64,000 nucleotides of DNA from Tubiluchus corallicola (GCA_030141605.1 JAQGDQ010000868.1:1-64000); one strand, 5' to 3'; counted from the first letter of the stretch, positions 12,393 through 52,303 are shown. The notes: generated from the sequence alone by a model not told the origin. Made by a program: numbers and translations.

Positions 12393-14138
12393 GTAAATAA
12401 TAGTTTCCTTTGAACGTGTTTTCTTTTCGTTCATGCCTTTAAAAGTCACCACCGTTTTTGTTTCACGTGTGTTAGCGTTCTGTTATTAAAGTGGATATTA
12501 TTTCACCTTGTCAGTAATTGTTGTTTTAGAACATGGAAGATCGGTGTTTATGACAGCTTTTGTTACTGTAGTGTTATTGTTAGCGTTACGTTTAATGTTA
12601 GTCAGGCAGAGTTACACTTACGGCATTGGTAAACTAAAGATAATTGACAATTGTCTTTGGTCATTGACTCGCAGTAGGGTATGTTTCTCAACTTAACGTT
12701 AACCCTAAACTTATCCTAAAATAAAAATAATGGAAACTTTGAAACGGTTGATATTAACTCGCATGGTGCGTATGTATGGTACATTCGTACTACTTGATAT
12801 GTTACAAAAAATTGAACCTACCAAATTTAGGGACTGAATGGGCTCGCATACAGATCCTGGTTCTTTGCGTGTGATGTGGCAGCAGAAATCGGACAGTGAG
12901 ATGTCTGTTTCAGGTTAACTATTTACATGCAAATAATGATGTTAAAAGTTTTTGGACTTTTGGAAGTGAAAATCTTGAAAGTTGAAGCAGCGATAGTAAT
13001 GACCAACTTGTATAAACTGCAAAAAATTATTACATGTTCCATAAAATTGTTACTTGTCTGGGTACAAGAATTGTTGTTAGACAGGATTAATGCCTCTCAA
13101 TCTTATTTGAACAACGGCGCATAAGGGGTGAGCTTCAGACAAAAATTAGAAATGATTCATCACATATTAGTTGTAGTGATGCTTATTAATTGGGTGTAAG
13201 TTTGTCAAACAGGCTGCTGGAATCAGCTGTAGCTTCAGTAGCAAATTTGTACTGAGATATGCAATTGAGTTTAATTATTCATACTATTGCGAGTTCATAT
13301 TTAAACAAATTGTGTACAGATATGAGTTTGAATTGGTGACAAGTGCAGCAGCATACCTGGACCCTACGATCCCATTGTGAATCTGATCGCTTACCACAAT
13401 CCAGATCTGGCAAGTGTATATAGGTGTGAGCAGCATTGCTTTTATAGCATAATAAGAGCATTAATAATAAACACCTATACATAAACAATAATTAATCTGT
13501 AATTTTTTGTACCCTATTTAAATACTGAAAAGCTGTCCGACACCATGTGCTGATCTTACTGTTTTGATTCAGAAGCTATCAGACTACGTATGCCATCTTA
13601 AGTAAACAAATCCAGACTTGTGTATTGGAAAGCGAGTAAACCCATTATAGTGTGGGTAAGTTGCAAAAGCATGTGAGAGAGTTTGTCTAATTAAAGCAAA
13701 AGTGTTCCCCGTGTTGGAAAATTAGGTCTAGAAAGTGTAGCAGAGTTTTTTACTGTTATGCTCAGAAATGTTGTTTTTTTGTTTATTCTTGAAAAATGTA
13801 TATAAATATAGCTGGTAACTGGATTTCATGGAATTAATACAAATTCTTGTTTTTTGCCAGTAAGTCTTAATGTGTATTATTTCAATGCAGCAGACAAATT
13901 AGCTGAAACTGCAAATGTTGGTGCTGCGTATTACGCTTAACGTTCGGTTTTTGCAAATTTGAATTTTTTCTTATAGTTCAGACTATCATACACAGCTATT
14001 TTCATTATAAATCAAGTCATATTAGGGCTTGAAAAGATTTATCAAAATGGTGTCAAGTTTATCTGTTCGAACATTTCCAAAAAAAAATATACGAATACTT
14101 AAATTTACGAATCCAATTTTTTAATTTGTAGCTTTTAA

Positions 14139-14568
14139 CAGGGTTCCACGGTTGGGAAAATCGTTGAAAATACAGGCTGTTCTGGATTCGAACGTCAGAC
14201 TGAAAGACAATTTGGTAAAAAGTCAGGGAAAAGGATGAAAATGGGGCAGAAAGTCAGGAAAATTGGGAAGGGTTGCAAAAATAATTACTGTGAACCGGTA
14301 TTTTTTCAAATATATTTTTCAGTGATTCGTGTTCAAATAAACTTTTTCTATGGCAGGCTCCCAGTTTTGATTTATGTGCCAAAACTCATAATTGGCGACA
14401 CATTGTATATCAGTATATATACGAATGTCCATACACAAAAACGTTTGAATATGCATACTGTTGGTGTAACTTCTTCTGCTTATCTTGGTCATACAAAATC
14501 AATGTTTGGTCAGGGAAAACTTATGGAAAAGTCAGGAAGGTTTATTTTAAAATTCCGCATGAACCCCG
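14139..14568 (+). mobile_element. Non-autonomous DNA transposon (CAGGGTTC ends, gaaaagtcagg subrepeats)
   Basis: Imperfect TIR cagggttcca / tgaaccccg; related to 1180-1263. Confidence 0.55.
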
Positions 14569-14601
14569 TTTTACGTGTTAATAAGACTGTAATTATTAAA
14601 A

Positions 14602-15144
14602 CTACGGCGATATTACATTGAAAACACCGGTTCCCATCTGATCACCGAAGTTAAGCAATGTAGAGCCTGATTAGAACTTTGATGGGTGACCGCCTAGAAA
14701 TATCAGGTGCTGTAGGTTTGCAGGATGCCGACACTGTATCTCGGCACTAGGCGGAAGAGCTGTACAAGCAGCCAACGGCTAGAGGGCGGAGGAGGTCAAG
14801 TGACCCAACGGCCATGTGTAGAGGAGTAAACCTTCCAAATCAGGAGTGGAGCCCCGAAGGCGGACCAGTGCAGCATGCTCACTGACTCCAGCAGCTCCTG
14901 CAGCCAACCTGGTACCAAACGTGTCGCTCCGCTTTCTTTTGGACTTCACCAGCGAGGAAGAGAGAGGGTTCCTGTTGTCTGGGCAACTCAGGATCTCCAT
15001 ACACCTTGCCCAGGCGTGCGCCCTGGAGACGTTCAAAAATCGCACTGCTCAGTCACAGTCGACGCTGCAGCTCCATCAATGTGATCAATGACTGACTCTC
15101 TTGGCGCACACTCCATTGTCTTCAGAGATAGAAGGATGCCAACC
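14602..15144 (+). mobile_element. 5S rRNA-derived SINE (SINE3) with RTE-type tail, copy 1
   Basis: 14602-14718 is a diverged near-full-length 5S (gatcaccgaagttaagc...gatgggtgaccgcct...ggtgctgtaggttt). The ~425-bp body is shared with 27614-28032. Candidate TSD aattattaaaa / aattatcaaaa. Confidence 0.88.
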
Positions 15145-15602
15145 AATTATCAAAAGTTAAATTTTAACTGAAAGTCTTAACTTTAATTTAAATTGAAGCT
15201 GAACTAACTAAAAGTGCTGTGCAACTCTAGAGAGTTTCTGCTTAAAACAGTCACATCAATTGAAATTTACACTGGCAGATCTGTATCCCCGGGATGCATC
15301 CCGTAAAAGTTCAACCTTATAGAACCTTAATCTTTATGCGTGTATAAATTTAACCATGAATTGAGTCAGTTTTCTTACTTTGTTGTTAAAGAAAATGATT
15401 TTGATTAGTTGTGTTGAATACATCTTATTTTTCCTATCATTTAGGTAATTTACGCACCAAATTTAGTATAAGAAATTGCATGCAAGAAGTCTGCACTAAG
15501 ACCTGCACTAGGATTTCTACAACAAGACATGCTCATAGTTGAGTTGATGAATCTTCATGTTCAAGGAAAAGAACATTATCACTGCTACTGGAAACGATCT
15601 TG

Positions 15603-41114
<25,512 letters not shown>

Positions 41115-42183
41115 GTGAGTTTGGGTTACGTTTGGGCATAATACAATATTTATGAATTAAAACAATAGAATTAAATTACTGTTTAACTCATTAGTTATAG
41201 TTAAATTTTCTCCACACGGTTATTTTCCATATCACGATTTCTTCGCTGCTCTACTGCATCTTCGTAAATTTTCTATAGATGGCGCCACATTATCGGTTAC
41301 AAAAATGCTGTTGAAGATATTACATTCTCTAATAATCGACTCTGTACTTAAGGAAAAGATATAAAAATGTTGTAAATGTTGTAATAGCTATATTGCATAT
41401 TTGCATTTACTTTGCTGGTGGCTAAATAAAGATAAAACGGTAAGCGTAAAAGCAATTTTACCAAGTCATATACTTACATCAGAATCCGCAAACTTGACTA
41501 AATAAAAATGAATTGTGCGGGAAGAGAAAACTAAAAAAAAACCTGTCAGATTTACATCTATACGAGGTAAAATAATCACCATAGTCTACAAAGGTCTGGC
41601 AAACAAGCGATGTAGGCATTTCATTTAAATTGCAGCTGGTTTATGAAAAAACGTGCTCCCTGCTTGAACGTAAATTATTGCATTTTAGTTTATCATATTC
41701 GAAATCGCTTACGCTAGGATATCAGTGATGACGCGGGGAATAGTCCTAAAAGATGCAAAAAAGAACGAAGATTGAGTTTGGAAATCCTACAGCACTAACT
41801 TTTTACTTTATAAAACTTTATTACACCTAGTCTGTATTGTGCAGTCATGTTTTGTTATTTTCAATGGTGTGGTACTATAGGCCTACTAATCCATGTTAAC
41901 TCCCAATGTAAATCTTGCAAGTTATTTTTGTATTGTATATTGGGGAGAATCTCTGTATCAGTTACAATGAACTGTTTGATTCAAGCCAAATAAAACTGTG
42001 GTTAAAGCAAAATATAATTTATTATAATGCCAAAAACGTTTACAAGCTGGTGCAAGCGTGTGCAATGTCCATAACTTTGGAAGAAAATGTTCCAGAGAAA
42101 ATAAAATTTCCCTTTTAAAACCTCAAAACCTATGGCTCTTCTATCTATGGGCTGTCCACATCAAGGAAGTTTTTCCTCTATAA

Positions 42184-42693
42184 CATGGGTTCCCAGCTTT
42201 GGGGTCGCGAAGCACTTTTCGTGGGATCGCGGGCTAGTCCAAAAACTATTTTTAAAAAATGCTGCTTTCATGAAAAATATGTAAGTAGGTCTTGTTTCCT
42301 CGGCCTCTCATTACATCATTTTTTTGTGGAAACTGAAACAGGGTTTCCCGTTCTAAATGCGGAAAAATGAAAATGTGCGTTGTTCCATGCTGTACACTTG
42401 TGTACAGTGTACACAGCCCAAAAGCGTGTCGCTATTCATTTACGTCAGACCTCTTTAGAAACCTATTGCATTGCAGTACTGGTCGCTGAGAAACAGGTGC
42501 AACCAACAGATGAATGAATTAATGAAACAATCACTCATTGTTCAATAATTTGTTGAATTGTAAGTTAAATTTAATAAATGCGAACGATAATGATGTTTAA
42601 TAGTATAACATGTGATTATGTTTTTCGTGGGGTGGCAATATGATGCAGGGTTCTGGAAAAGGGTCGTCTTCAACAAAATGTTGGGAACCATTG
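42184..42693. mobile_element. Degenerate hAT (Charlie-like) MITE
   Basis: TIR catgggttccca / tgggaaccattg; flanks ctctataa / ctctgcaa; ggggtcgc subterminal motifs. Confidence 0.65.
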
Positions 42694-43169
42694 CTCTGCA
42701 ATTACATTAAGAAACACTAAATATTTATAATAAACGTGTTAAAAAATTATTCTCACTTCAGTATGATTACAGTGCTAGGTAAGTGTGTTTTGACTGTGAC
42801 ATACCTTACTTTCACGTCATAGTTAAACGCTCAGCTTACTCTGTGTTTGTTAGGTTACGAAATTCACAAAACTTCTATGTGAAATACATTTTGAACTCAA
42901 ACATCGTTTTTCAATCTGAAATATTTAAAGGAATTCGGAATGAATTGTGTGCTATACTGTAATTTAACACAGAAAACTAAGAACAGATTGCATGGTTACG
43001 TCTCTATGTAGTCAAAGAATTGTGTTATAGCTCTTATTGTAGTAATTTATTTTATTTTAGTTTTAGTTTTTTATAATTATCTTTGTCAATGCATTTGCAA
43101 GTGGGTGTGTATTTTTGAGTAATCTATGACGTAGCTGTTGAAATAAAAAGTATCTAATCTAGTCTAGTT

Positions 43170-43250
43170 TGGTCTGATCTGGTCTGGTCTGGTCTGGTCT
43201 GGTCTGGTCTGATCTGATCTGATCTGATCTGATCTGATCTGATCTGATTC
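43170..43250. repeat. (GGTCT)n/(GATCT)n pentanucleotide repeat
   Basis: Seen directly. Confidence 0.93.
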
Positions 43251-43665
43251 TAATCTAATTTACTTTATGAATGTTTCGAATTCTCATTGGTACCTGTTAT
43301 CACAGATCTACTATTCTGACCATGTACAAATGGCAGTAGCCAACCGATGTGACATCCTCTTTAAAGCAAATTCATTGAAACTCTAAAGTTCTTACTGTTT
43401 ATTTTCTAAACATATCTACTATTTGTTCTTGTCACGAAGCACTTTATCATAATCGTGTCATCTTTTATTTGATTCTTGTTGTTCTTCTGTTGCTGAAGAA
43501 AATGGTGATGGCGGTGATAATTCTGAAGACCACTCGACTAGCTGGTGCAATTACAGTGCATATTGAAGCTTTTAAAGTGCTGTAATAGAGCTGTGGTGCA
43601 AACGAGAGATTTGAAATTGCACTGATTTATTTGTTGTTTCAGTAGCGCCTCGGGAGGGGGCAGAG

Positions 43666-43718
<53 letters not shown>

Positions 43719-43722
<4 letters not shown>

Positions 43723-44860
43723 TATTATTATTATTATTATTATTATAACTCTATTTTATTATATATATTAACATAAATACATACATAATATACATAAATT
43801 CCCTCTATTTGCAGGGACCAGTATGAGCGTTATTATAATAAGTTAGAAAAAAATTGCAATTATCCCTTTTAATATCACTGGTGACTATAATAACAGTAAA
43901 ACGCTTATATACAAAAACATATCAACAACTACAAGCAACGTAGCTAGATTTACATTTAAATTTATATTTACCCAATTTTATAAATAAATCTTACTTTTAT
44001 ATTTTCATTGACGGGTAGCTATCTAATTATATAAAATGACAGTAACTGGACTTCACATTTTTAAAAATAAACTTCACGTTTTTTCGGCGATATTTTCCTC
44101 TTTAGCATTTTTAACAATCTACAAACGCATAAATAGCATTTCTACTCCTTATTCTGTATATATCCTTAAGTTGCTTAGATGGGAGTGCAGTTTCAAGTTT
44201 CCTTCTGAGTTCGTCTTTTACTAGAGGACAGTTAAAAATTATATGTTCTGGCGTTTGGCTGTTTGCCTTGCATTTACACATATCAGTTTCTATCAGACCG
44301 ATTCTATTGCTAAACACATTACAACCTCTCCCTAATAATAAGCTGAAAGCAATAGTTTCAATAACACGTTCATTTCTTGTTATTTGCAGATCTAAAGGTT
44401 TTGCGCAAACTTTAACTTCTTCAAAAGGGTTTCCAGCTAACTGGTTGCAATGCACCAGTTTTCTTTCCCGTAAAAACTCTAAGAATTTTTGACATTCTTT
44501 CTTTGTGTATTTTAGATTGTCTTGTGGAATTGACTGTAACATTTCATTTCGATTTGCGTTTAGACCTTTAATGGTTTTTAAGAATAATCTAGTCTTATTT
44601 AGGTGTTCTGCCAGGAAAAGGTTGCAATATTCAGCACTGATGTAATTCTCATCCGCTTTAATAAGTTCTTTTCTGACTAAGTCATCAGCAGGCAAAGTAA
44701 GGTAATTTCAAAACTGACTCAACAGATAAAACGGAATAAATAACATCCATTGATGGTAGTCCTGTAATTAATTCAGTTTCAATTTTTGGAGGATTAAAAC
44801 CTACTCCTGTTGCTGCTGGTGATCCTGAATGGTGATGCTGAATTTAACTCGTTCTTGAGC
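43719..44860 (-). mobile_element. 5'-truncated degenerate LINE 3' end (clade uncertain)
   Basis: ORF 44111..44695 has the C-terminal zinc-knuckle CKC....QTPEHIIFNCP; (TAA)n tail at 43719-43746, next to (GA)n at 43667-43718. Confidence 0.7.
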
Positions 44861-45757
44861 ACAATTAGCTTATTATGTCTGGTCAGTAAACCATGAACAC
44901 GTGATAGCAGTTCGAGTCTCTTTTATTTTCTCATGCTTCGTCTAACTCAGTCTGCAGTCGTAAAAAAGTCACGCTGCATTGATATAACAGCAGCCAATTC
45001 ACCACAGACTACCTCGTGATCGCGCCATAATTGCAAGACATCTTACAATCTCTTGGGCCGTTGCTAAATTGTCAAGTTAGTGTAACTCAATCTATGAGTA
45101 TCGTGTTGGTAATAATATTAGCGGTCAGTGGAAAGCGGGGGCTAATATCTTCATCCCATGTTTCTACCACCCACATCCTGGTACCAAATCATGCAACAAC
45201 AAACATGGTGTTTAGCTCGGACCTAGCAGAGACGAAACAATCTCACACATGGTTCTCTGGTGTAATGTAACTAACTATTCGATTATCCCTGGAATGCCAG
45301 TAACGAAGGAAAGTGGTGTGGGAGATTAATTTAGTTAACAACCAACCGACACTCCCAAAGTAGATACTGGCCAGTAGTGATAAATTATTTTAAACTGACC
45401 ATCTGAAAGCCAGTCAGGCAGTCGCTGGATTACTGTGTGTGTGTGTAACAGCCCATATATTTTTATGTGCCAAAGTAAAGTCTTAAACCTGTGAATTTTA
45501 AACATATTATTTTGTTTTCTGAGACTTAAAAAATATGTTTTGGCAAGCTATTATGTTAGAAATTGAAGCCAGACTTTTACCTTTCTTCTACTTGTAATTA
45601 AACTATAAACTTAACACTGATAAATAAAGGCTATGCTTTGTCATAATCTTTACAATACAGACTTTTGAAAGCCTAGTGGCAGCATAAGAATTTGCTTTCG
45701 AGGAAAAAACTCCCCCCCCCCCAACAGCGTAGGGCAAGTTAAAATCGGTCATGTTCA

Positions 45758-45980
45758 TCCGTCCGTCCGTCCGTCCGTCTCTCCCTCCCTCCCTCCCTAC
45801 CTCCCTCCCTCCCTCCCTCCCTCCATCCATCCATCCATCCATCCATCCATCCATCCATCCATCCATCCATCCATCCATCCATCCATCCATCCATCCATCC
45901 ATCCATCCATCCATCCATCCATCCATCCATCCATCCATCCATCCATCCATCCATCTATCCATCCATCCACTGATCCATCC
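45758..45980. repeat. Compound (CCGT)n(CCCT)n(CCAT)n microsatellite
   Basis: Seen directly. Confidence 0.97.
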
Positions 45981-47952
45981 ACATAATCCACATTCTCTTC
46001 CATATATGTAATGGAAAGGGCGATTAGTTATGCGATTGAGCACCGAGGTTCAACTAACAGTAACTACTGGCTGGCTTGAACATGCAAGTAACATCACACC
46101 GTTTTCTTGTGCAAGCTAAGTGCAGGTTAAGAGTTTTCGCATTTGCCCTCCATTGGCTTGGCTATAAGCTCAAGTGCCGACAGCTGTTGGCTCTAAATTT
46201 CCTACTCTATTAGCAGAAAAGGTGGATTCATTTTCACCATGCAAGTTGCTGAAGTGCCTGACCGCGACTTTCTTTCTGTACGACGGGGATCATTGTCACA
46301 CGTGTAGCAACTTTTTGGTTGCGCGGAAACAAAATTTTGAATTTCGAAACTTTGACAAACAGGTTAGCGTCCGAGTGCGAAATTCAGTAAAAAGAATAGT
46401 TCTAGGATTTACATCTGACATTATTTGCATGTGAAATATGACCTTCAAACCTGTTTAATTTTAATTTTAAATTGTAAAGCGTTTAGTGACATTTATGATA
46501 ACCTGCTGTTGAATTATTCTAAATAAATAATGTATATTTATTTTATCTAATCGCTGTATCAGATAAAAGTTTTTAACTACTTTGAATCAGCTCTAAACTT
46601 ACGTAATTTTAAGTTATAATGGGTCTTAAATGTGTTTTCACGCAAACTTTTCAAGGAAGTTCAATTTTTGATAACGTACACTGCCTCCAGTTAGTTAACG
46701 TTATTGTGATAAAGTGTTTATAACACTTGTTCGCTTATAAAAACGTTTTTTGTTAGTTTTAAACTATTTTATGTCAATTTCGACCATATGTCCACGCACG
46801 CCCAGACTGTAATGTAACTTGCCTGCAAAGGAAAAAATATTTGAGAATATTATCTTCGCTATAATCTCTAGTTTCCCGAAGTCGATTAATATACGAAGCC
46901 CGTTCAAAGAAATAGTAACTTCCGACGATGATTCCGACACATGACAGTTCTTGAATAAGCTGCTCTTTCTTCTAAGAACAATGTTGAAGGTGATCAGTCA
47001 AACCAGTTTACGCTTATTTTCAAACTAAATTTTTTGAAACTGGTTTGAGTAAACCGCCTGAGTAAACGACACGGTAAACCGTCTCAATGCGAACAGCTAT
47101 AAGTCTCAAATACATATTGCATTTATTCATATAGGACTCAATCGTAAACTTTGTTATTGTTGCCTCCGTCACTCATCCAGGAGAGAGACGTTGAAAGGTT
47201 ACGAAGGTTGAGCACAAGTTTGTTTTCTCTCTCCGTGGGTGACGCAGCCTCTTCCGTTGTCTGGGAGACGCTTCCACTCTTTAACAAACATTGACATTTC
47301 ACAGTTTGAAGATGGCTGCTGACACGAGCTGCATTTCCGCTGTCAATTGTCATCAACTTTAGCAGGCCACCATGGCGAGTTTAACGGAAGGCACGTGTCG
47401 AATGTCATTTTAAGTCATCAGACGTCATAACAGGTGTTTCAGCAGAAGACACTTTTAAATTCTGATGAACTGTCTGCTTTCTGGAAATCAGACCAAATAT
47501 CGATTATTTTGTGTTTTAAGACGCCTAACTAAATATTTCCTCTGAAAATGGTCAAGTTTAGAAATAATTATCAATTTATGCAATCAAACTGACGGTCGAT
47601 TTTGCAGCAGAATATTTAGGAGGTGGTCTGACTTACTGTTGTATCATTCGTTGGTTTATTAACTGAAGCCTTGTAATTTTAAATTTTGTATATATTTTTA
47701 TTATATCTTTTTGATGGTTGTAGCTTTTTTAATAGCTCATCTCATATAGTGTGTCTCAGTTCTTTAGTGTAATTTTAATTATTATATAGTAGTTTTATGT
47801 GCTGACACATAAAAATCAGGGTTTATTTGCACGAATTAATCTCATGCTAATGGTACATAAAGGTTAATGCTAACAAACACCCAAATGGATTTTTTCTGAA
47901 CGTTCGTTTTTTTTATATTTTTCGATTTTTTTGTGGAACTTGCGGCCTTGTA

Positions 47953-48310
47953 GTAAATACGGGCAACAATGTCCCCATGTGTTAATGTATAAAACGACGC
48001 CTAAACTTCCGTAAAAGTTTCGATTTTTGAAAGCTTGATATCTAGGTTTCAATTCATTTTATGAAGCAGTAATCTTTTCTGTCTTTTCTGTTGTCCTAAA
48101 CATCTATTGTAGACATTGAGTCTCTATCCTTTATTAGAGTAAATACCGGCAACAATGCGGCCATGTTTTAATGCACAAAACTACGCCTAAACTTCTGTAA
48201 ATGTTTCAATCTTTGAAAGCTTGATGTCTAGGTTTTAATTAATTTTGTGAAGCAGTAATCTTCTTTCTCTTCTGTTGCTCTAAACATTGAGCCTCCATCC
48301 TTTATTAGAG
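47953..48310. repeat. Local tandem duplication (~185 bp x2)
   Basis: agtaaatac(g/c)ggcaacaatg...acgcctaaactt...gaagcagtaatctt occurs twice. Confidence 0.85.
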
Positions 48311-48540
48311 CACCCCACTGTTTCCTGTTTGCAGGTAAAATTTTCAACTCCTGTGACGTTATTGTTAAGTTTCGTCTTAGCTGTTGTAAACCTTTATTAA
48401 TTCTTGACATCCAGGTTGTTTTCGTTTGCCTGGAGGTCGTTTGCAGGTTTCAGTGCCTCGTTTCATGCTTCTCTTTCTGTTGTTGTTTCTGGCTGTCTCA
48501 TTAAATGTCCTACCCATCTTACCCTTCTGATGCTCTCAAC
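48250..48540 (-). mobile_element. RTE-group LINE 3' remnant
   Basis: Reverse frame gives RVRWVGHLMRQPET, then KTTWMSRINK...ANRKQW. Confidence 0.6.
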
Positions 48541-51051
48541 TGCAAGGCATTGAATTGGGGAACGATGTCCTCGTAACTGGCACAACTTTAAATATGCCAG
48601 TAGGAAACTCGGGCAGGCTATTGGGGACTGTGGCAATTTGAATTCTTACGAAGCAAGGAACTTTCAATCAATTTCTGTGAAGCAAGGAACTTTTAATCAA
48701 TTTCTGTGCTGCATCGGAATGGAAGACAATTAGCTATGTGACAAAGTATAATAAAGACAATGAGACAAAGTTTAATTACTGCACTTTTGAACTTGGTGAA
48801 AGATGACTACATTTTGAAAACGTTAACACTCGCTAGGATACCTTTACTTGCATTTATAAGGTATTTTTATTTACGTGTTTGTTTACAAATTATCATTAGT
48901 TTATTTATGTACTAAAGTTATAAAGATCTAATGAACAACAATAGTGGTGTAATACTTAATTATAATTCGAATCTGATCAGTACAACAATTTAGTAAAACT
49001 TTATAATAAATAAGCATTTTGTATATATTTTGTACATTTAATCGTATTTGTTTATACGTATGCATTTGTTTATTTGCATATAATTTCTACAGTTGCTTTT
49101 ATTCTTATGCAATTGTGTTTATGTGTTTATGTGTGTCACTAATATCTGTACATGGTTTCATTTTTAATACTGATGTATTGAGCCTGCAAAGAGAGGCATA
49201 ATAAAAGATTTATTATCATCATCATCATCATCATCATCATTATCATCATCATTAACCTCCTGATTCTGATTTTACTGTTGTGAAGCAGTAGTAACATGGT
49301 TATTTTTGTAGCCAGTAAGAACTGCTGCAATATGTGCTGGTGTTTTTCTTAAATTGATAGAGAAAAGATTAGATTATTGATTAGCGAAATAAGGGAAATA
49401 AGCTGCTGACAGAGCGAAAGTCCGAGGAAAAACTTTTAGGATGAACTACTTAGGAATGTCTACACAATCAGGTCAAGGACACTGAGAATCTCTGAAATGT
49501 TATTAGAATGCTTGGCACAAGAGTACACGCGGAAAAGACAAGTAAAGAAACGTCCGATTCTGGCTTCCGTTTGTCAACTACACGCGGGATGTAGTGTTTA
49601 AAAACTGTACCGTTTACGTGTTAAAAAATTTAATAATTCATTACTTTCGAAAAAGTGGTAGGCAATGAACTGTTCTAGCTGTAGCAGCTATTAGCTACAA
49701 CCTTATTATATTATTTATTAGATTATATAGCTGGGAAACCATAGAGACCCTTCCCCTGGGCCTTCCGTTTCTGCCACTGCCTCTGAGAGTAGACATTTAT
49801 TGGTAAATTGTTTCATGCAGAATCTGTTTAGTAATATGATGACTGCTGGGACCGCGACCATGTACCTCGATGCCTGAATTACTGGGGTACAGTCTGAAAT
49901 CCTGGTGAACAGTAGTAAATAGCTTGATAGGGATATGAGAAGAAACAACTAAAATAGGCTAAGGAGTGCATTGCTCATATATTATATCCAATGTTAATAT
50001 CCAACAGAGCAAATCTTTGCTTCACAGGCTTGATTTTAACTCAACAAATGCACAGCTATCGAAGACAATTCATATCATTATGCACATTAGTATTGTACAA
50101 CAAAATAAACTTAACTTTTTTGTACTCACTAAGCTATATCAGAAACATAAATCAGTTTAAAGTCACGCAAGAGTAAGCTTCGTGAAAAAAAAATGATTAA
50201 AATATTAATGAATATTCTCGCTAATAATCATAATTTAATTACAATAAAACCTCGTTATAATGCTCCCTTTTCAGCAAAACAAAATATCTATATTTACACA
50301 GACATGTATGTACTAATGCACCACGTTACAATGCTAAACTCGCTTAACGTCAACTTTTTTCCAGTGCATTCTGATTTTCATTGCCAAACATCTACTAAGT
50401 TTGAAATGACTTCAGCACAGTTGATTCAGTTTAAATAAATTCGGCGTGGTAGTGAGCTTTATGCAAAAACGTATGTAAGTGTACAAATCATATCTCCAAG
50501 TTATTAGGTCAATTTCATTTTTAAAGCTGTATTGTGGTTCTATGCAGTCAAAACTGAATCATTTTTTAGCAAACTTTGATCGTGTTTTCTAATTAACCAC
50601 TTAATTGAGGTGGTTTACTGAAAAATCTGTGGCTTTGGGTCAACAGCCAGTCAAGGTCAAGTTTTAACGAAAATACATGAACATAGTGTACGAGATATAA
50701 TTGAAATGTGGCAGAAAGACGCCAAAGAAAATCATGGCAATGTGATGACCTGACTTGCAATGGAAGAGGTGAAACGATATATTCCGTGATTTGTGGGGCG
50801 AGTGTGGCGGAACGAGTTAAAGATGATGATAGTGATGATCACATTGGTGATCACATGTAGCTCATTAAGTGAAAATCACTACTCGTTTGGAGTTACTGGA
50901 TTACCAGATTATATTATACTCTAGTTTATTCCATTATTACGTGGATGAAAATGACTGAAATCATTCAAGTTTAAGAATAAATGCATTGTGTTGAAATTTT
51001 GAATTAAATTAAACCAACATTTCAGGTGTTTTGCCTTTCTACAGTTCTGAC

Positions 51052-52303
51052 ATAATCAACTTTTTCAATGCGCTTGGTCAATATGCCACCCCAGAAAACT
51101 GCTGTCTGGTGCCGACCACGATCCCTTGACTACGCCACTGTAAAAGTCAGCTAATGAACACATAATAGGATAAGAACTTATCGAAATTTCACAATATTTC
51201 AACCACAAGCTGTGGTCAACTTCAGGTATGTAAAAAGTTTAAACAAATGTAATAACAGAAATCTTTTTCTTGGAAAGAGACAAGCTATCGCCAGAATGAT
51301 TTATAAAATTTTCCAAAACTATAGCATAGCGATCTACAAGAACAGAAATGAATTAGCGGCCGGAATTTTGGGGTAAGCTGTAAAATTCATACAAATTTTC
51401 TGGCATAATATTTTTGTAAACATAATTTGACCACCTGTGCATTATCAAAATCGATTCTACGTTTTACACAAAGAATTTAGAAAAGAACTTTTGATGACGT
51501 TGATGATGACGACGACGACAACGATGATAATGTGGATGACAATTATGACGATGACGACGACGACGATGGTGGCGATAGTAGTGAGTGTTATAAATTATAA
51601 ACTCTAATTCACATCGCCCCTGAATCATTTTTGGCAGCAGATTAAGAAAGGATGCGATAAAAGCTCTATTTTTGTTATTTTTCCTTCAGTTTCCTTGTTT
51701 AATGAAGATATTAGCTCTACAAGATTTGGCCATTTTGTTTGACGGTGCTGTTCAATAAAACTGTCTCATCTGGGACAGACTTGTTGACGCTGAAAACTCG
51801 AGAATTTCGACGTCACACCATATAGGATGATCGATAACCAGCAAATTTAAATATTAGGAGGTCTGTTTAACTAGTGCCATCATACTACTAAATATACTGT
51901 ACACGTTAGCCAAATTATGTTTACAAAAATATTATGCACGAAAATTGTACGAATTTTATAACTTATTCCAGAATTCCCGTTCCTAATTAATTTCTATTCT
52001 TGTTGTCGATATTCTCGCAGATCGCTGTAGTAGTTTTGGAAAAATTTATAATTCATTCTGGGGTTAGCAACTCTCCTTCCAAAAAGGTTTCCTGTATTAC
52101 ATTTGCTTTAAACTTTTTACACATCTGAAGCTGACCACAGCTTGTGGTTGATATATTGTGAAATTTCAATAAACTTGCTGTTCTTATCTGATTATGTGTT
52201 CATCAGTTGGTTTTTGCAGTGACGTAGGCAATGTGCCGTGGTCCACCCCGGATACTGTTTTCTGGGGTGGCACTTTGAGCAAGTACACTAAAAAGTTGAT
52301 TAT
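51052..52303. repeat. Long imperfect inverted repeat (arms ~51052-51433 and ~51908-52303)
   Basis: Collinear reverse-complement blocks, e.g. caaccacaagctgtggtca / tgaccacagcttgtggttg and gcataatatttttgtaaacataatttg / caaattatgtttacaaaaatattatgc. Confidence 0.9.

Noticed and set aside
13573-13655. Possible additional 5'UTR exon of the WSC-Ig gene
   Set aside because: Only AG/GT motifs support it, which is not distinguishable from chance in AT-rich DNA.
14602-14718. Functional 5S rRNA genes (also 28033-28152)
   Set aside because: The copies differ from each other, have helix-disrupting substitutions, lack a proper oligo-T terminator and continue into a shared retroposon body.
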